A DNA stretch of 64,000 nucleotides. Source: Devosia sp. GTDB lineage: Bacteria; Pseudomonadota; Alphaproteobacteria; Rhizobiales; Devosiaceae. The notes under the pieces are model-generated. The model worked only from the letters and a program-made list of their open reading frames with translations. It made no database searches and had not been told where the DNA came from. The stretch's first letter is position 1; each line of letters starts with the position of its first letter. The stretch is from contig NZ_JACZKG010000062.1 of NCBI RefSeq assembly GCF_014860165.1, positions 46,507-110,506 of the forward strand, read 5' to 3'. The position numbers and the translations under genes were made by a program. Below are positions 1 through 9,454 of this stretch, piece after piece.

Positions 1-486
1 GAGGTCGCCGACATCCTCGAGGATTTCCGCACTCGAACGGACCGCCGTGATACCCGACAGGATCTGGTGCAGAAGCTGGCTCAGCAGCGGGTCGGACCGC
101 AGGCGATCGGCATAGGCATCGGCATTGGCGACGGCCCCCGAATAGGCCCGATGCAGGCGCGCCAGTGCAGCTGCGCTGGCGGGGTATTGCGCCACCAGTT
201 CGCGCCGCTCGTCCGGACGGAACGCCAGCGACTCGACCATGGGGTCGGCGAAGGCCTCTTCGAGGTCCTGCAGCAGCTTCTGCTCGGCTCGACCGGCCAA
301 TTCGTCGATGTCGATGTCCAGTTGCGTCGCCACCCGGTTGAGCAATGCGCCGCCGATGTCGCGTTTGTTGTTCTCGATCAGGTTGAGATAGCTCGGCGAA
401 ATGCCCACCAGCCGCGCCAGCGCGGCCTGCGAAATCTTCAGCGATTTCCGGCGGTTGCTGATGCGGAAGCCAATTGGAGCACGCAT
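1..486 (-). CDS. XRE-family helix-turn-helix transcriptional regulator (N-terminal part; rest of gene lies left of the window)
   Basis: Reverse translation from the ATG at complement 484-486 reads MRAPIGFRISNRRKSLKISQAALARLVGISPSYLNLIENNKRDIGG..., a Cro/C1-type HTH. The ORF runs off the window edge, so it is absent from the ORF track. It is divergent from the ABC operon. Resemblance to ScfR/DUF2083-type regulators is inference. Confidence 0.75.
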   Translation of the reverse strand, partial: MRAPIGFRISNRRKSLKISQAALARLVGISPSYLNLIENNKRDIGGALLNRVATQLDIDIDELAGRAEQKLLQDLEEAFADPMVESLAFRPDERRELVAQYPASAAALARLHRAYSGAVANADAYADRLRSDPLLSQLLHQILSGITAVRSSAEILEDVGDL

Positions 487-512
487 GCAAGACCCTCCAC
501 ATGACAGCGTCC

Positions 513-528
513 AGTCAACGTATTGACT
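513..528. promoter_or_regulatory. Inverted repeat AGTCAA-N4-TTGACT in an AT-rich divergent promoter region (candidate operator)
   Basis: Perfect 6-bp arms read directly from the sequence. It lies 27 nt upstream of the regulator start, in the only AT-rich stretch between the regulator and the ABC operon. Confidence 0.3.
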
Positions 529-675
529 AGTTCACGCTGTATCTAGATCAATAATTTACAGAATATCTCAGTATTTACAATGACCTATTGCTGTCATTTT
601 CTTGAGGTGGCCATAATCCCCCTGCGGTGAGCTGCTGGCCATGTATCAGTCGCCCCGCGCAAAAGGAGGAAATCA

Positions 676-2034
676 ATGACACTTTTGAAGCGTGGCTTGT
701 CTCGTCGCAGGGTCCTGCAGACCGGCATGGCCGGCATTATTGGTTCCGGCGTTGCGCCCCTGATGTTTACCAAGGGTGCCTGGGCGCAGGAGTTTTGCAA
801 CAACCCAACTGGCGACACCGTGACCTTCGGCCTCAACCTGCCACTGACCGGCGCCTATGCCGAGGAAGGCGCGGACGAGCAGAAGGCCTATGAACTGGCC
901 GTCAAGCACCTGAACGGCGAAGGCGACGGTGGCCTCATCGGCGTGCTTACGCCGACCGCGCTCAAGGGTAACGGCATCCTGGGCAAGAAGGTCGCGTTCG
1001 TGACCTCCGACAGCCAGACCAAGTCTGACGTGGCGCGCGCTGGCGCCACGCGCATGATCGAGCGCGATGGCGCCATCATGGTGACGGGCGGCTCGTCCTC
1101 GGGCGAAGCCATCGCCGTTCAGGGCCTCTGCCAGGAACTGGGCGTGATCTTCATGGCGGGCCTGACGCACTCCAACGACACGACCGGCAAGGATAAGCGG
1201 CGCTACGGCTTCCGCCACTTCTTCAACGCCTATCAGTCCGGCATCGGCCTGGGCCCGGTGCTCGGCCAGGAATATGGCAAAGATCGCCGCGCCTACCACC
1301 TGACCGCCGACTACACCTGGGGCTGGACCCAGGAAGAATCGATGAAGGCCGCCACCGAAGCCCTTGGCTGGCAGACTGTGGAGGCCGTGCGCACCCCGCT
1401 CGGAGCCGGCGACTTCTCGCAGTTCCTCACCCCGGTGCTGAATTCCGGCGCCGACGTGCTGATCCTCAACCACTACGGCAACGACATGGTCAATTCGCTG
1501 ACCCAGGCCGTGCAGTTCGGCATGCGCGACCGCCAGGCCAACGGCAAGGACTTCCAGATCGTCGTGCCGCTGTTCTCGGAACTGATGGCGAAGGGCGCCG
1601 GCGCCAATATCAAGGGCATTTTCGGCACCTCGAACTGGCACTGGAACCTGCAGGATCCGGGCACGGTCGCTTTCACCAAGTCCTTCGGTGCAGCCTATGG
1701 CGCTCCTCCGTCGCAGGCGGCGCACACCGCCTATGTTCAGGCGCTGCTCTATGCCGACGCCGTTGAACGCGCCGGCACCTTCTATCCGCCAGAAGTCATC
1801 AAGGCGCTTGAAGGCCACGAGTTCGACGGCATGGGCAATGGTCCGACGCTGTATCGGGCCGAGGATCACCAGTGCATGAAGAATATCCTGGTGGTGCAGG
1901 GCAACGACAACCCGACGAGCGAATATGACGTGCTCAACGTGGTGCAGGAAGTCCAGCGCGACGTCGTGACCTACGATCCGGCGATCTTCGGCGGCGATCT
2001 CGGACCGGCCGAGCCAGCCCCGCTCTGCGCTTAG
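676..2034 (+). CDS. ABC transporter periplasmic substrate-binding protein (type I, branched-chain amino acid/amide/urea-binding family)
   Basis: 452-aa ORF with a twin-arginine-like signal (LSRRRVLQTGMAG...AWAQ) and an AAGGAGG RBS 8 nt upstream. It is the first gene of a 5-gene Liv-type operon. Confidence 0.85.
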   Translation: MTLLKRGLSRRRVLQTGMAGIIGSGVAPLMFTKGAWAQEFCNNPTGDTVTFGLNLPLTGAYAEEGADEQKAYELAVKHLNGEGDGGLIGVLTPTALKGNGILGKKVAFVTSDSQTKSDVARAGATRMIERDGAIMVTGGSSSGEAIAVQGLCQELGVIFMAGLTHSNDTTGKDKRRYGFRHFFNAYQSGIGLGPVLGQEYGKDRRAYHLTADYTWGWTQEESMKAATEALGWQTVEAVRTPLGAGDFSQFLTPVLNSGADVLILNHYGNDMVNSLTQAVQFGMRDRQANGKDFQIVVPLFSELMAKGAGANIKGIFGTSNWHWNLQDPGTVAFTKSFGAAYGAPPSQAAHTAYVQALLYADAVERAGTFYPPEVIKALEGHEFDGMGNGPTLYRAEDHQCMKNILVVQGNDNPTSEYDVLNVVQEVQRDVVTYDPAIFGGDLGPAEPAPLCA

Positions 2035-2041
2035 TCCAAGC

Positions 2042-2144
2042 GGGCGTGGCCCGGCCACGCCCATCCACCAGCGTCATTGCCCGGCTCGTCCGGGCAATCC
2101 ATGCGATGCCCGCGCGCCGCTGGACCACCGGGACAAGCCCGGTG
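2042..2144 (+). repeat. Three consecutive GC-rich stem-loops in the intercistronic gap between the binding-protein and permease genes
   Basis: The three hairpins are GGGCGTGGCC/GGCCACGCCC (2042-2062), GTCATTGCCCGG-ctcgt-CCGGGCAATCC (2073-2100) and CACCGGG-acaag-CCCGGTG (2126-2144), all read directly. Confidence 0.5.
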
Positions 2145-2205
2145 GTGACGGTCGAACGGGGGATCGGCGAACTGTCGCCGGTCCCGCTTTGATCGGAGCA
2201 CGAAC

Positions 2206-3237
2206 ATGTTCGAAGTCATCTTTCTGCAATTCCTCAACGGCCTCGACAAAGGTGCCGCCTATGCGCTGATCGCACTGGGGCTGACGCTGGTGTTCGGCAC
2301 TCTGGGAGTGGTCAATTTCGCCCATGGCGCGCTGTTTATGCTGGGCGCCTTCTGTGCCGTGCTGTTCCGTCAGCTGCTGACGCTGGAAACGGTCACCATC
2401 GACCCCACCAAACTGTCGCCCTGGGGCCAGCCGCTCGAAGTGCGCGCGCCGCTGGTGCAGGCGTGGTTCGGCGATTTCGGAGCAGTGCTGGTCAATTACT
2501 CGGTGCCAGCGTCGATCATCATTACCATTCCGATCATGCTGCTGCTGGGCATCCTGCTTGAGCGCGGCATCATCAAGCACTTCTACAAACGCCCGCATGC
2601 CGAACAGATTCTTGTGACTTTTGGCCTCGCCATCGTGGCGCAGGAGGTCATCAAGTCGTTCTTCGGGCCCAATCCCATCCCCCAGCCCATGCCCACCGAC
2701 CTGCGCGGCGCTGCCGATATCGGCGCGTTCCTGGGCATGCAGGCCAATGTCATCACCTACCCGATCTGGCGGCTGATCTACTTCCTGTTCTCGGCGGCCA
2801 TCATCGGCGGCGTCTTCGCCTTCCTGCAGTTTACCACCTTCGGCATGGTCGTCCGCGCCGGCATGGCCGATCGCGAGACCGTTGGGCTGCTCGGCATCAA
2901 TATCGACCGCCGCTTCACCATCATGTTCGGGCTGGCCGCCGTGGTCGCGGGCCTTGCCGGCGTCATGTACACGCCGCTGCTGCCGCCCAACTACCATATC
3001 GGCATGGACTTCCTGGTCCTCAGCTTCGTGGTGGTGGTGGTTGGCGGCATGGGCTCGCTGCCGGGCGCGGTGGCCGCCGGCTTCCTGCTGGGCATCCTGC
3101 AGAGCTTCGCCTCGATGACCCAGGTCAAGGCCCTGATCCCCGGCATCGACCAGATCATCATCTATCTGGTCGCCGTCGTTATCCTGTTGGTTCTGCCGCG
3201 TGGCCTATTCGGCCGGCGTGGCGTGATGGAGGCCTGA
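2206..3237 (+). CDS. Branched-chain amino acid ABC transporter permease (LivH type)
   Basis: 343-aa polytopic membrane ORF starting [31 protein letters not shown], typical of the LivH family, in operon position 2. Confidence 0.85.
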   Translation: MFEVIFLQFLNGLDKGAAYALIALGLTLVFGTLGVVNFAHGALFMLGAFCAVLFRQLLTLETVTIDPTKLSPWGQPLEVRAPLVQAWFGDFGAVLVNYSVPASIIITIPIMLLLGILLERGIIKHFYKRPHAEQILVTFGLAIVAQEVIKSFFGPNPIPQPMPTDLRGAADIGAFLGMQANVITYPIWRLIYFLFSAAIIGGVFAFLQFTTFGMVVRAGMADRETVGLLGINIDRRFTIMFGLAAVVAGLAGVMYTPLLPPNYHIGMDFLVLSFVVVVVGGMGSLPGAVAAGFLLGILQSFASMTQVKALIPGIDQIIIYLVAVVILLVLPRGLFGRRGVMEA

Positions 3238-3238
3238 T

Positions 3239-4387
3239 ATGCTTGCCATGTCCCGCAACGACCTGCTGCTGTTCCTCGGCTTCACCATTGCCGTCTTGGC
3301 CATGCCGATCTGGCTGCAGCCATTCGGCGCTGCCTATCCCGATCTGCTGCAGCGCTTCATGATCTTCGGCATCTTCGCGGTCGGCTTCAACATCCTGTTC
3401 GGGCTCACCGGCTATCTGAGCTTCGGGCATGCCGCCTTCTTTGGTGTCGGATCCTATGCCGCGGTCTGGTCCTTCAAGCTGCTCAGTCTTGATGCCATTC
3501 CGGCAATGATCTTCGCCGTGGTCGTCTCGGGCCTGTTTGCCCTAGCCATCGGCTTTGTCAGCCTGCGCCGCTCGGGAATCTACTTTTCCATCCTGACCCT
3601 GGCCTTCGCCCAGATGAGCTACAATCTCGCCTATTCGGTGCTGACGCCGATCACCAATGGTGAAACCGGCCTGCAACTGACGCTCGGCGATCCACGCCAT
3701 TTCGATCGCCTGTTTGGGGAAGCCATGCCCGGCCAGCCGGTGCCGACCTTGCTGGGTCAGTCGCTGGGCGGCTTTACCGGCTTCTACTTCTGCGCCGGCT
3801 TCCTGATCCTGGCCTTCTTCATCGCCCAGCGCATCACCGGTTCGCCATTCGGCATGATGCTCAAGGGCATCAAGTCCAACCAGACGCGCATGAACTATAC
3901 CGGCTTCAACACCAAGCCCTATACCCTGGCGGCCTTCGTCATATCGGGCATGTATGCTGGCCTGGCCGGCGCATTGCTGGCGGTCACCGACCCTCTGGCC
4001 GGCGCCGAGCGCATGCAGTGGACCGCCTCGGGCGAAGTGGTGCTGATGACCATCCTGGGTGGTGCCGGCACGCTGGTCGGGCCGGTGATCGGCGCCTGGC
4101 TGATCAAGTATTTCGAGAACATCTTCTCGGCCATCAACGAGACCATCCTCGCCCGCTTCTGGGACTTCCTGCCCGACGGCGCGGATCACTTCGCCGTCGT
4201 CGTCAGCTCGAAATTCGTCGGCGAGGGCTGGTTCCTCACCCTGGGCCTGGTCTTCGTGCTGATCGTGGTCTTCCTGCCGGGCGGGATCATGGAGGGCGTG
4301 CGCCGCATCGCCCATCTCTTCGACCGCAAGCGGAGTTCGCCCACCAATCCGGGCAAGACCGCGCCCCATCCGCAACCCGCAGAATAG
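3239..4387 (+). CDS. Branched-chain amino acid ABC transporter permease (LivM type)
   Basis: 382-aa membrane ORF that starts 1 nt after the LivH-type stop. It carries the motif [20 protein letters not shown], typical of LivM. Confidence 0.85.
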   Translation: MLAMSRNDLLLFLGFTIAVLAMPIWLQPFGAAYPDLLQRFMIFGIFAVGFNILFGLTGYLSFGHAAFFGVGSYAAVWSFKLLSLDAIPAMIFAVVVSGLFALAIGFVSLRRSGIYFSILTLAFAQMSYNLAYSVLTPITNGETGLQLTLGDPRHFDRLFGEAMPGQPVPTLLGQSLGGFTGFYFCAGFLILAFFIAQRITGSPFGMMLKGIKSNQTRMNYTGFNTKPYTLAAFVISGMYAGLAGALLAVTDPLAGAERMQWTASGEVVLMTILGGAGTLVGPVIGAWLIKYFENIFSAINETILARFWDFLPDGADHFAVVVSSKFVGEGWFLTLGLVFVLIVVFLPGGIMEGVRRIAHLFDRKRSSPTNPGKTAPHPQPAE

Positions 4388-4397
4388 GACGCTCGCC

Positions 4398-5162
4398 ATG
4401 CCCACACCCAATGTCGTCCTGCATGTTGCCGACGTCCACAAGCGCTTCGGGGGCCTGCATGCCCTGGCCGATATCGACCTGCAGGTCGAGGAAGGCCAGA
4501 CCCACGCCATCATCGGCCCCAACGGCGCCGGCAAGTCGACCCTGCTCAATGTCATCATCGGCAAGCTGGCGCCCTCGAGCGGCCAGGTGATCTTCGATGG
4601 CGCCATCCTCACCGGCCGCAAGCCCTACCAGATCAATCAACTGGGCATTGCCCGGGTGTTCCAGACGCCGGAGATCTTCGCCGATCTCAGCGTGCTGCAT
4701 AATGTGATGATCCCGGCCCTCGCCAAGCGCGACGGCGCCTTCAAGCTCAACATGCTGCGGTCGCTCGACAGCGAGGTCGGCATCCGGCAGGAGGCCGAGC
4801 ACATGCTGGAGGATGTCGGCATGCATTCCAGCCGGGACATGCATGCGGGCAGCCTCAGCCGCGGCGACAAGCGCCGCATGGAGCTGGCCATGTGCCTGAT
4901 CCAGCATCCCCGCCTGCTGCTGCTGGACGAGCCCACGGCCGGCATGAGCCGCCACGACACCAACACCACCATCGAGCTGCTCAAGAAGATCAAGAGCCGC
5001 GGCATGACCAAGGTCATCATCGAGCATGACATGCATGTCGTGTTCTCGCTGGCCGACAAGATTTCGGTCCTGGCACAGGGCCGCATCATTGCCGACGGCA
5101 CGCCCGATCAGGTGCGCGGCAATCCCAAGGTGCAGGAAGCCTATCTCGGAGGGACCCATTGA
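4398..5162 (+). CDS. ABC transporter ATP-binding protein (LivG type)
   Basis: Walker A GPNGAGKST, signature LSRGDKRRMELA and Walker B LLLLDEP. Confidence 0.9.
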   Translation: MPTPNVVLHVADVHKRFGGLHALADIDLQVEEGQTHAIIGPNGAGKSTLLNVIIGKLAPSSGQVIFDGAILTGRKPYQINQLGIARVFQTPEIFADLSVLHNVMIPALAKRDGAFKLNMLRSLDSEVGIRQEAEHMLEDVGMHSSRDMHAGSLSRGDKRRMELAMCLIQHPRLLLLDEPTAGMSRHDTNTTIELLKKIKSRGMTKVIIEHDMHVVFSLADKISVLAQGRIIADGTPDQVRGNPKVQEAYLGGTH

Positions 5163-5932
5163 TGAGTGCGATCGCCATGGAAAGCCAGGTTATCTCCAGC
5201 AGTCAGGCCGTCGGCGTCGAAACCACGCGGCCCTTCTTCTCCATCCGCGACATGCACGCCTATTATGGCGAGAGCTATATCGTGCAGGGCGTGTCGCTCG
5301 ATATCCGTCGCGGCGAAATCCTCGCTCTGCTGGGCCGCAACGGCGCCGGCAAGACGTCTACGCTGCGTACCATCGCCCGCACCGACAATCCGCAGATGCG
5401 ACAGGGCGAAATCTGGCTGGACGGCAAGCCGATCCACCAGATGAAGAGCTTCGAGGCGGCGCGCGCGGGCATCCAACTCGTGCCGGAGGATCGCCGGATC
5501 ATCGCCGGCCTCACCGTCGAGGAAAACCTCACCCTGGCCAAGGTTGCCCCCGGCAACGGATGGAGCCTCGAACAGATCTACCAGAGCTTTCCGCGCCTGG
5601 CCGAACGCCGCAAGCAGGAGGGCGTCACCCTCTCGGGTGGCGAGCAGCAGATGCTGGCCATCGCCCGCGCCCTCGCCCGCGACCTCAAGCTGTTGTTGCT
5701 GGACGAGCCCTATGAAGGCCTCGCCCCCGTCATCGTGCACGAGATCGAGCGGATCCTCCATTCGATCAAGCCGCTGGGCATCACCACCATCATCGTCGAG
5801 CAGAATGCGGTCGCGGCCCTCAAGCTGGCCGACCGCGCAGTGATCCTGGACACAGGCGAAGTCGCCTTTTCCGGGACCGCCAAGGAGGTCCTCGACAATA
5901 CCGAACTTCGCCACGAATACCTGGCGATCTAG
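5159..5932 (+). CDS. ABC transporter ATP-binding protein (LivF type)
   Basis: Walker A GRNGAGKTS, signature LSGGEQQMLAIA and Walker B LLLLDEP. It has a 4-nt overlap with the preceding gene. Confidence 0.9.
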   Translation: MMSAIAMESQVISSSQAVGVETTRPFFSIRDMHAYYGESYIVQGVSLDIRRGEILALLGRNGAGKTSTLRTIARTDNPQMRQGEIWLDGKPIHQMKSFEAARAGIQLVPEDRRIIAGLTVEENLTLAKVAPGNGWSLEQIYQSFPRLAERRKQEGVTLSGGEQQMLAIARALARDLKLLLLDEPYEGLAPVIVHEIERILHSIKPLGITTIIVEQNAVAALKLADRAVILDTGEVAFSGTAKEVLDNTELRHEYLAI

Positions 5933-5934
5933 CC

Positions 5935-6000
5935 TATCCTGGGCCTCCCGAAAAAGGCATTCCGCCGATCTCACCTCTCCCAATCGAGGGGCCCAGGATA
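5935..6000. repeat. 11-bp inverted repeat TATCCTGGGCC / GGCCCAGGATA enclosing a CACCTCTCCC motif, just after the ABC operon
   Basis: Arms at 5935-5945 and 5990-6000 read directly. It could act as the operon terminator or be a REP-like element. Confidence 0.45.
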
Positions 6001-6082
6001 AGACTCTGGCCCGACCAAGAATAGAGCCACCCTCGCCCCATGTGGCGGAGGACGACTTGCCGGCAGAATATCAGGTGAGGGG

Positions 6083-6643
6083 TTGCGATGTACCCTCTCC
6101 CGCTGGACTATGTCCGCAAAACTAGCGCGTCGAGCGCGGTTAGCGCGATGCGAGGCAATGATGGCTGTTAGCTTTAGGTCTAGTGCGAAACGGGCTTACT
6201 GGACTTGGGCAATGATTGGATGGGCAATCGACGCTACGGTCGTCCTGATTGTTTCCTCGCTCCTCGGAGCCGGCTCGAACGCTCTCTGGTTCGCACTACT
6301 AGCGCCGATAGCCCTTTACGCCGCCGAGCTCCTAATCGCCCTTTATCGCTTTTTGAAGCGAATGGCAGTTTTCAACTTGTTCGAAAAAGAGGGTCGAATA
6401 CTCGACACGATGGCTTCACTTCAGAATGACGGCTTTCCGGCGCCCAAAAGTCACTACGAAGACGTCGATGACTACTTACGCGAAGCGGTCGTTGGTTCGC
6501 CAAATCCTGAAGTGCAACTATCGGCGGCAATTGCCTTAGGCTCCCTCGTGTCGCAACGCATGCATGGCCCACGCTCCGAAGCCATATGCACTAGCATTGT
6601 TATTGAAAGCGCCATTAGGCGCCTTCCTCCTCTGGCTGACTAG
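6083..6643 (+). CDS. Hypothetical membrane protein (orphan, visibly lower G+C than its neighbours; start uncertain)
   Basis: 186-aa ORF from a TTG, with alternative in-frame ATGs downstream. Two hydrophobic segments (WAIDATVVLIVSSLLGAG, LWFALLAPIALYAAELLIALY) precede a soluble tail. Many A/T-ending codons (tta, cta, ata, aaa) are unlike the flanking genes. I recognise no family. Confidence 0.45.
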   Translation: MRCTLSRWTMSAKLARRARLARCEAMMAVSFRSSAKRAYWTWAMIGWAIDATVVLIVSSLLGAGSNALWFALLAPIALYAAELLIALYRFLKRMAVFNLFEKEGRILDTMASLQNDGFPAPKSHYEDVDDYLREAVVGSPNPEVQLSAAIALGSLVSQRMHGPRSEAICTSIVIESAIRRLPPLAD

Positions 6644-6658
6644 CCCGCCAAAGAAGCC

Positions 6659-7423
6659 CTACTCCGCGTCCGCCAGCTCCGGCACATCCGCTGCAATGGT
6701 GATCCCCTCGCCCTCCAGCGCATCGCGCACGTCGCGCGCCAGGTCGACCGCCCCCGGCGTGTCGCCATGCAGGCAGATCGAGCGCGCCGAGGACTTGATC
6801 ACCGTACCATCGATGGCGACGATCTCGCCGGCCTTGGCCAGCCGCAGGCACCGCTCGATCACCGCCTCGGCATCCTTGATGACGGCCCCCTCCTGCGTGC
6901 GCGGCAGTAGCAGGCCGTCGGCCGTATAGGCCCGGTCGGCATAGGCCTCGCGGATCAGCGGCATGCCCACGGCCTTGGCGGCCCGCACCTGCTGGCTGTT
7001 GTCGAGCGCCAGCACCGCCATCTTGGGGTCCATGGCCTGGATGGTGGCGAAGATGCCGACGGCAAAGGCCAGTTCCTCGGCGGTCTGGTTGGCCAGCGCC
7101 CCGTGCAGCTTCACATAGGAGAGCGGCACCCCCACCTCGTCGGCGATGAAACGCACCAGGAAGAGCTGGCTCCGGATTTGTCCAAGCAGTTGGTCGAGCG
7201 GCATGACCACCCGGAAGCGGCCGAAACGCTTGGGATCGGCGTAGCCGGGATGGGCCCCTGCCCGCACGCCCTTCGCCTTGCAGATCCGCAGAATCTGCCG
7301 GATCGTCGGCGCATCGCCAGCATGGCCGCCACAGGCGATGGAGGCGCTCGAGACGATGCCGAGCAGGTCCTCGTCGGTTCCCATGCCTTCACCCAGATCG
7401 GCATTCAGATCGATCGACGTCAT
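6659..7423 (-). CDS. pxpA: 5-oxoprolinase subunit A (LamB/YcsF family)
   Basis: N-terminus IDLNADLGEGMGTDEDLL...IACGGHAGD is typical of the LamB/YcsF family. It is the last gene of a pxpB-pxpC-pxpA set with 4-nt overlaps. Confidence 0.85.
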   Translation of the reverse strand: MTSIDLNADLGEGMGTDEDLLGIVSSASIACGGHAGDAPTIRQILRICKAKGVRAGAHPGYADPKRFGRFRVVMPLDQLLGQIRSQLFLVRFIADEVGVPLSYVKLHGALANQTAEELAFAVGIFATIQAMDPKMAVLALDNSQQVRAAKAVGMPLIREAYADRAYTADGLLLPRTQEGAVIKDAEAVIERCLRLAKAGEIVAIDGTVIKSSARSICLHGDTPGAVDLARDVRDALEGEGITIAADVPELADAE

Positions 7424-8325
7424 GTTTGGCGGCTCCGCGACAGCGCGTGGGCATGTTCCACCGTGACCGGCTCGAAGGCAACCGAGGTGCCGGGCCGCAA
7501 TTGCGCGAAACGGTCGAAATCGGCCGAGATGATGGTGGCAATGCGCGGATAGCCCCCGGTCGGCTGATGGTCGCGCATCAGCACGATGGGTGTGCCATCC
7601 CCCAGGATCTGGATGTCGCCCGGCACAATGGCGTCCGAAGCCAGCGACAGGATTGCCGTTTCGGCGAATACGCCCTCCGGGTCATCCAGCCGCACGCCCA
7701 GGCGGTCGAGGCGGGACGAGATGACGAAACTGGTCTCCACGAAACGCTGCCGCACCCCATGGGGGAACAGGTCGGCATGGAGGCCCCAGGTGACGTGGAT
7801 CGGACCGCTCTCGGGCTCGGCCGGGCGGGCCGGAGCGACAGGTGCCGCATTGCCCCTGCCCTTCAGCTCAATGACATCGCCCACCCGCAGGCTGCGACCG
7901 TCCACGCCGCCCAGCCGCGCCCGGCTGTTGGTCGCCATGCTGCCGAGCACTGGCGCCACCGCGATATCGGAGTCGAAGCGGATATAGCCGTAATTGCCCG
8001 CCCCCCCCGGCGTGATCGCCAGCCTGTCGCCTTCCGCCAGCTCGACGCTGCCGGGCCAGGGGCATACGACGCCGTTGACCCGGACCACAAAGTTGCCGCC
8101 GGCAAAGCCGACGCGGCACTGGCCGCTCGAAAGCCTGATTTCGATGCCCGCCGTCGTGAATTCGATGCCGCCGTTACCAGCCCCGCCAAGCTGGCCGGCC
8201 AGCGCAAACGCCTCTCTGTCCATCGGACCGGAGGCACTGATGCCGTGGCGCAGCATGCCGGCCCGGCCCTCGTCCTGGACGCTGGTCAGCGGCGCTGCCC
8301 GCAGAATGGCCAGCACGGCGCTCAT
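7420..8325 (-). CDS. pxpC: 5-oxoprolinase subunit C (biotin-dependent carboxyltransferase / allophanate hydrolase subunit 2 family)
   Basis: 301 aa with SVQDEGRAGMLRHGISASGPMD and HQPTGGYPRIATII motifs. Confidence 0.85.
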   Translation of the reverse strand: MSAVLAILRAAPLTSVQDEGRAGMLRHGISASGPMDREAFALAGQLGGAGNGGIEFTTAGIEIRLSSGQCRVGFAGGNFVVRVNGVVCPWPGSVELAEGDRLAITPGGAGNYGYIRFDSDIAVAPVLGSMATNSRARLGGVDGRSLRVGDVIELKGRGNAAPVAPARPAEPESGPIHVTWGLHADLFPHGVRQRFVETSFVISSRLDRLGVRLDDPEGVFAETAILSLASDAIVPGDIQILGDGTPIVLMRDHQPTGGYPRIATIISADFDRFAQLRPGTSVAFEPVTVEHAHALSRSRQT

Positions 8326-8990
8326 GGCGTGGCCTCGAAGGTCACGGTATCACCGGCGCGCAGCCGCGTGGGCGGCTCGGCCGTCGGATCGAAGTTGGCA
8401 AAGTCGGTATGCCCGATGACATGCCAGCCGGTGGGCATTTCTGTCGCGGTGATCGCTGTCTGTCCCGCCGCGAACAGCACGCTGCCCGGCGGCACCGAGG
8501 GCCGCACCTCTGTCCGGCGCGGCAGCAGCAGTTCGTCCGGATGCAGGCCGCAATAGACGAAGCCCGGGGCAAAGCCGGTCGCAAGCACACGCAGGGAGCC
8601 GGCATTGTGGGCCGCCACGAACTGGCTGGGTGTCATGTCCAGTGCGGCGCTGACCGCTTCGAAGTCGGGGCCATCGAAGGCGATGGGGATGGTCCAGTGC
8701 GTGGTCTGGGGCGCTTCATCGCCCAGGGCGTACAGCAGCAGGCGCAGCTCGCCGGCAATCGCCGCCGGAGACCCGACTCCGGGCTCATAGCGCAGCAACA
8801 CCGAAACCAGGTTCGGCACCACTTCGGTGACGCCAGCAATGGGCGTCCGGTCGAGCGCCAGGGTCAGCGCGATGGCAGCGCGGTTCGCGGCGTCGCTCAG
8901 GTCAGTGTCGAAGCGCACCAGAAGGCCGCTGTCGCCGAGCGGAAGGATCGTCGGCGTGGGCAATGTTTGGGGGGCGGACGAGCCAGCCAT
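8322..8990 (-). CDS. pxpB: 5-oxoprolinase subunit B (allophanate hydrolase subunit 1 family)
   Basis: ILPLGDSGLLVRFD near the N-terminus. I prefer the ATG at 8990, preceded by GAGGAGG, over the ORF-track start at 9029. Confidence 0.8.
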   Translation of the reverse strand: MAGSSAPQTLPTPTILPLGDSGLLVRFDTDLSDAANRAAIALTLALDRTPIAGVTEVVPNLVSVLLRYEPGVGSPAAIAGELRLLLYALGDEAPQTTHWTIPIAFDGPDFEAVSAALDMTPSQFVAAHNAGSLRVLATGFAPGFVYCGLHPDELLLPRRTEVRPSVPPGSVLFAAGQTAITATEMPTGWHVIGHTDFANFDPTAEPPTRLRAGDTVTFEATP

Positions 8991-9158
8991 GTGGCGCAGC
9001 CTCCTCGGCTGGAACATGTGGCAGTCCAACTGGACCCGCCCGGATCAGTCAACCCGGTCCATAAGCGCAGGAACCTTGCCTCGCTCGGAAGACCGTTCGA
9101 TAGTGCCGGTGCCCTGGGGCAGCGGCCGGATTTGACCTGCCGGGACGGTTACGTCCGG

Positions 9159-9335
9159 TCAGTTCGGGTCTCTGCCGTCCTGTTCGATCACGGCATCGAA
9201 TAGCTGCTTGGCCTGCGATACGCCGATCGCCTCGATGGCGACTGCGGCTATGGCAGCAAACAGTTCTGCGATTTCCTGGGGATCGGTGATTTCGGCGTCG
9301 TCGTCTTCGGCGTCGGCGTTGATCAGAGTGAACAC
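9159..9335 (-). CDS. Hypothetical small acidic protein (58 aa, GTG start; below the ORF-track cutoff)
   Basis: Hand translation gives VFTLINADAEDDDAEITDPQEIAELFAAIAAVAIEAIGVSQAKQLFDAVIEQDGRDPN. A GGAGG lies 9 nt upstream and third codon positions are mostly G/C. Confidence 0.35.
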   Translation of the reverse strand: MFTLINADAEDDDAEITDPQEIAELFAAIAAVAIEAIGVSQAKQLFDAVIEQDGRDPN

Positions 9336-9454
9336 AATAACGCGCCTCCAAGTTAGCCAATGGAGGCAGTGTGCGGCGATTCCTGTTACGGAATAAATAA
9401 TGGAAATCGACCGTGGCCCGGATATCGGGCGATTGCCACAAAGGGCAGCAGCCC

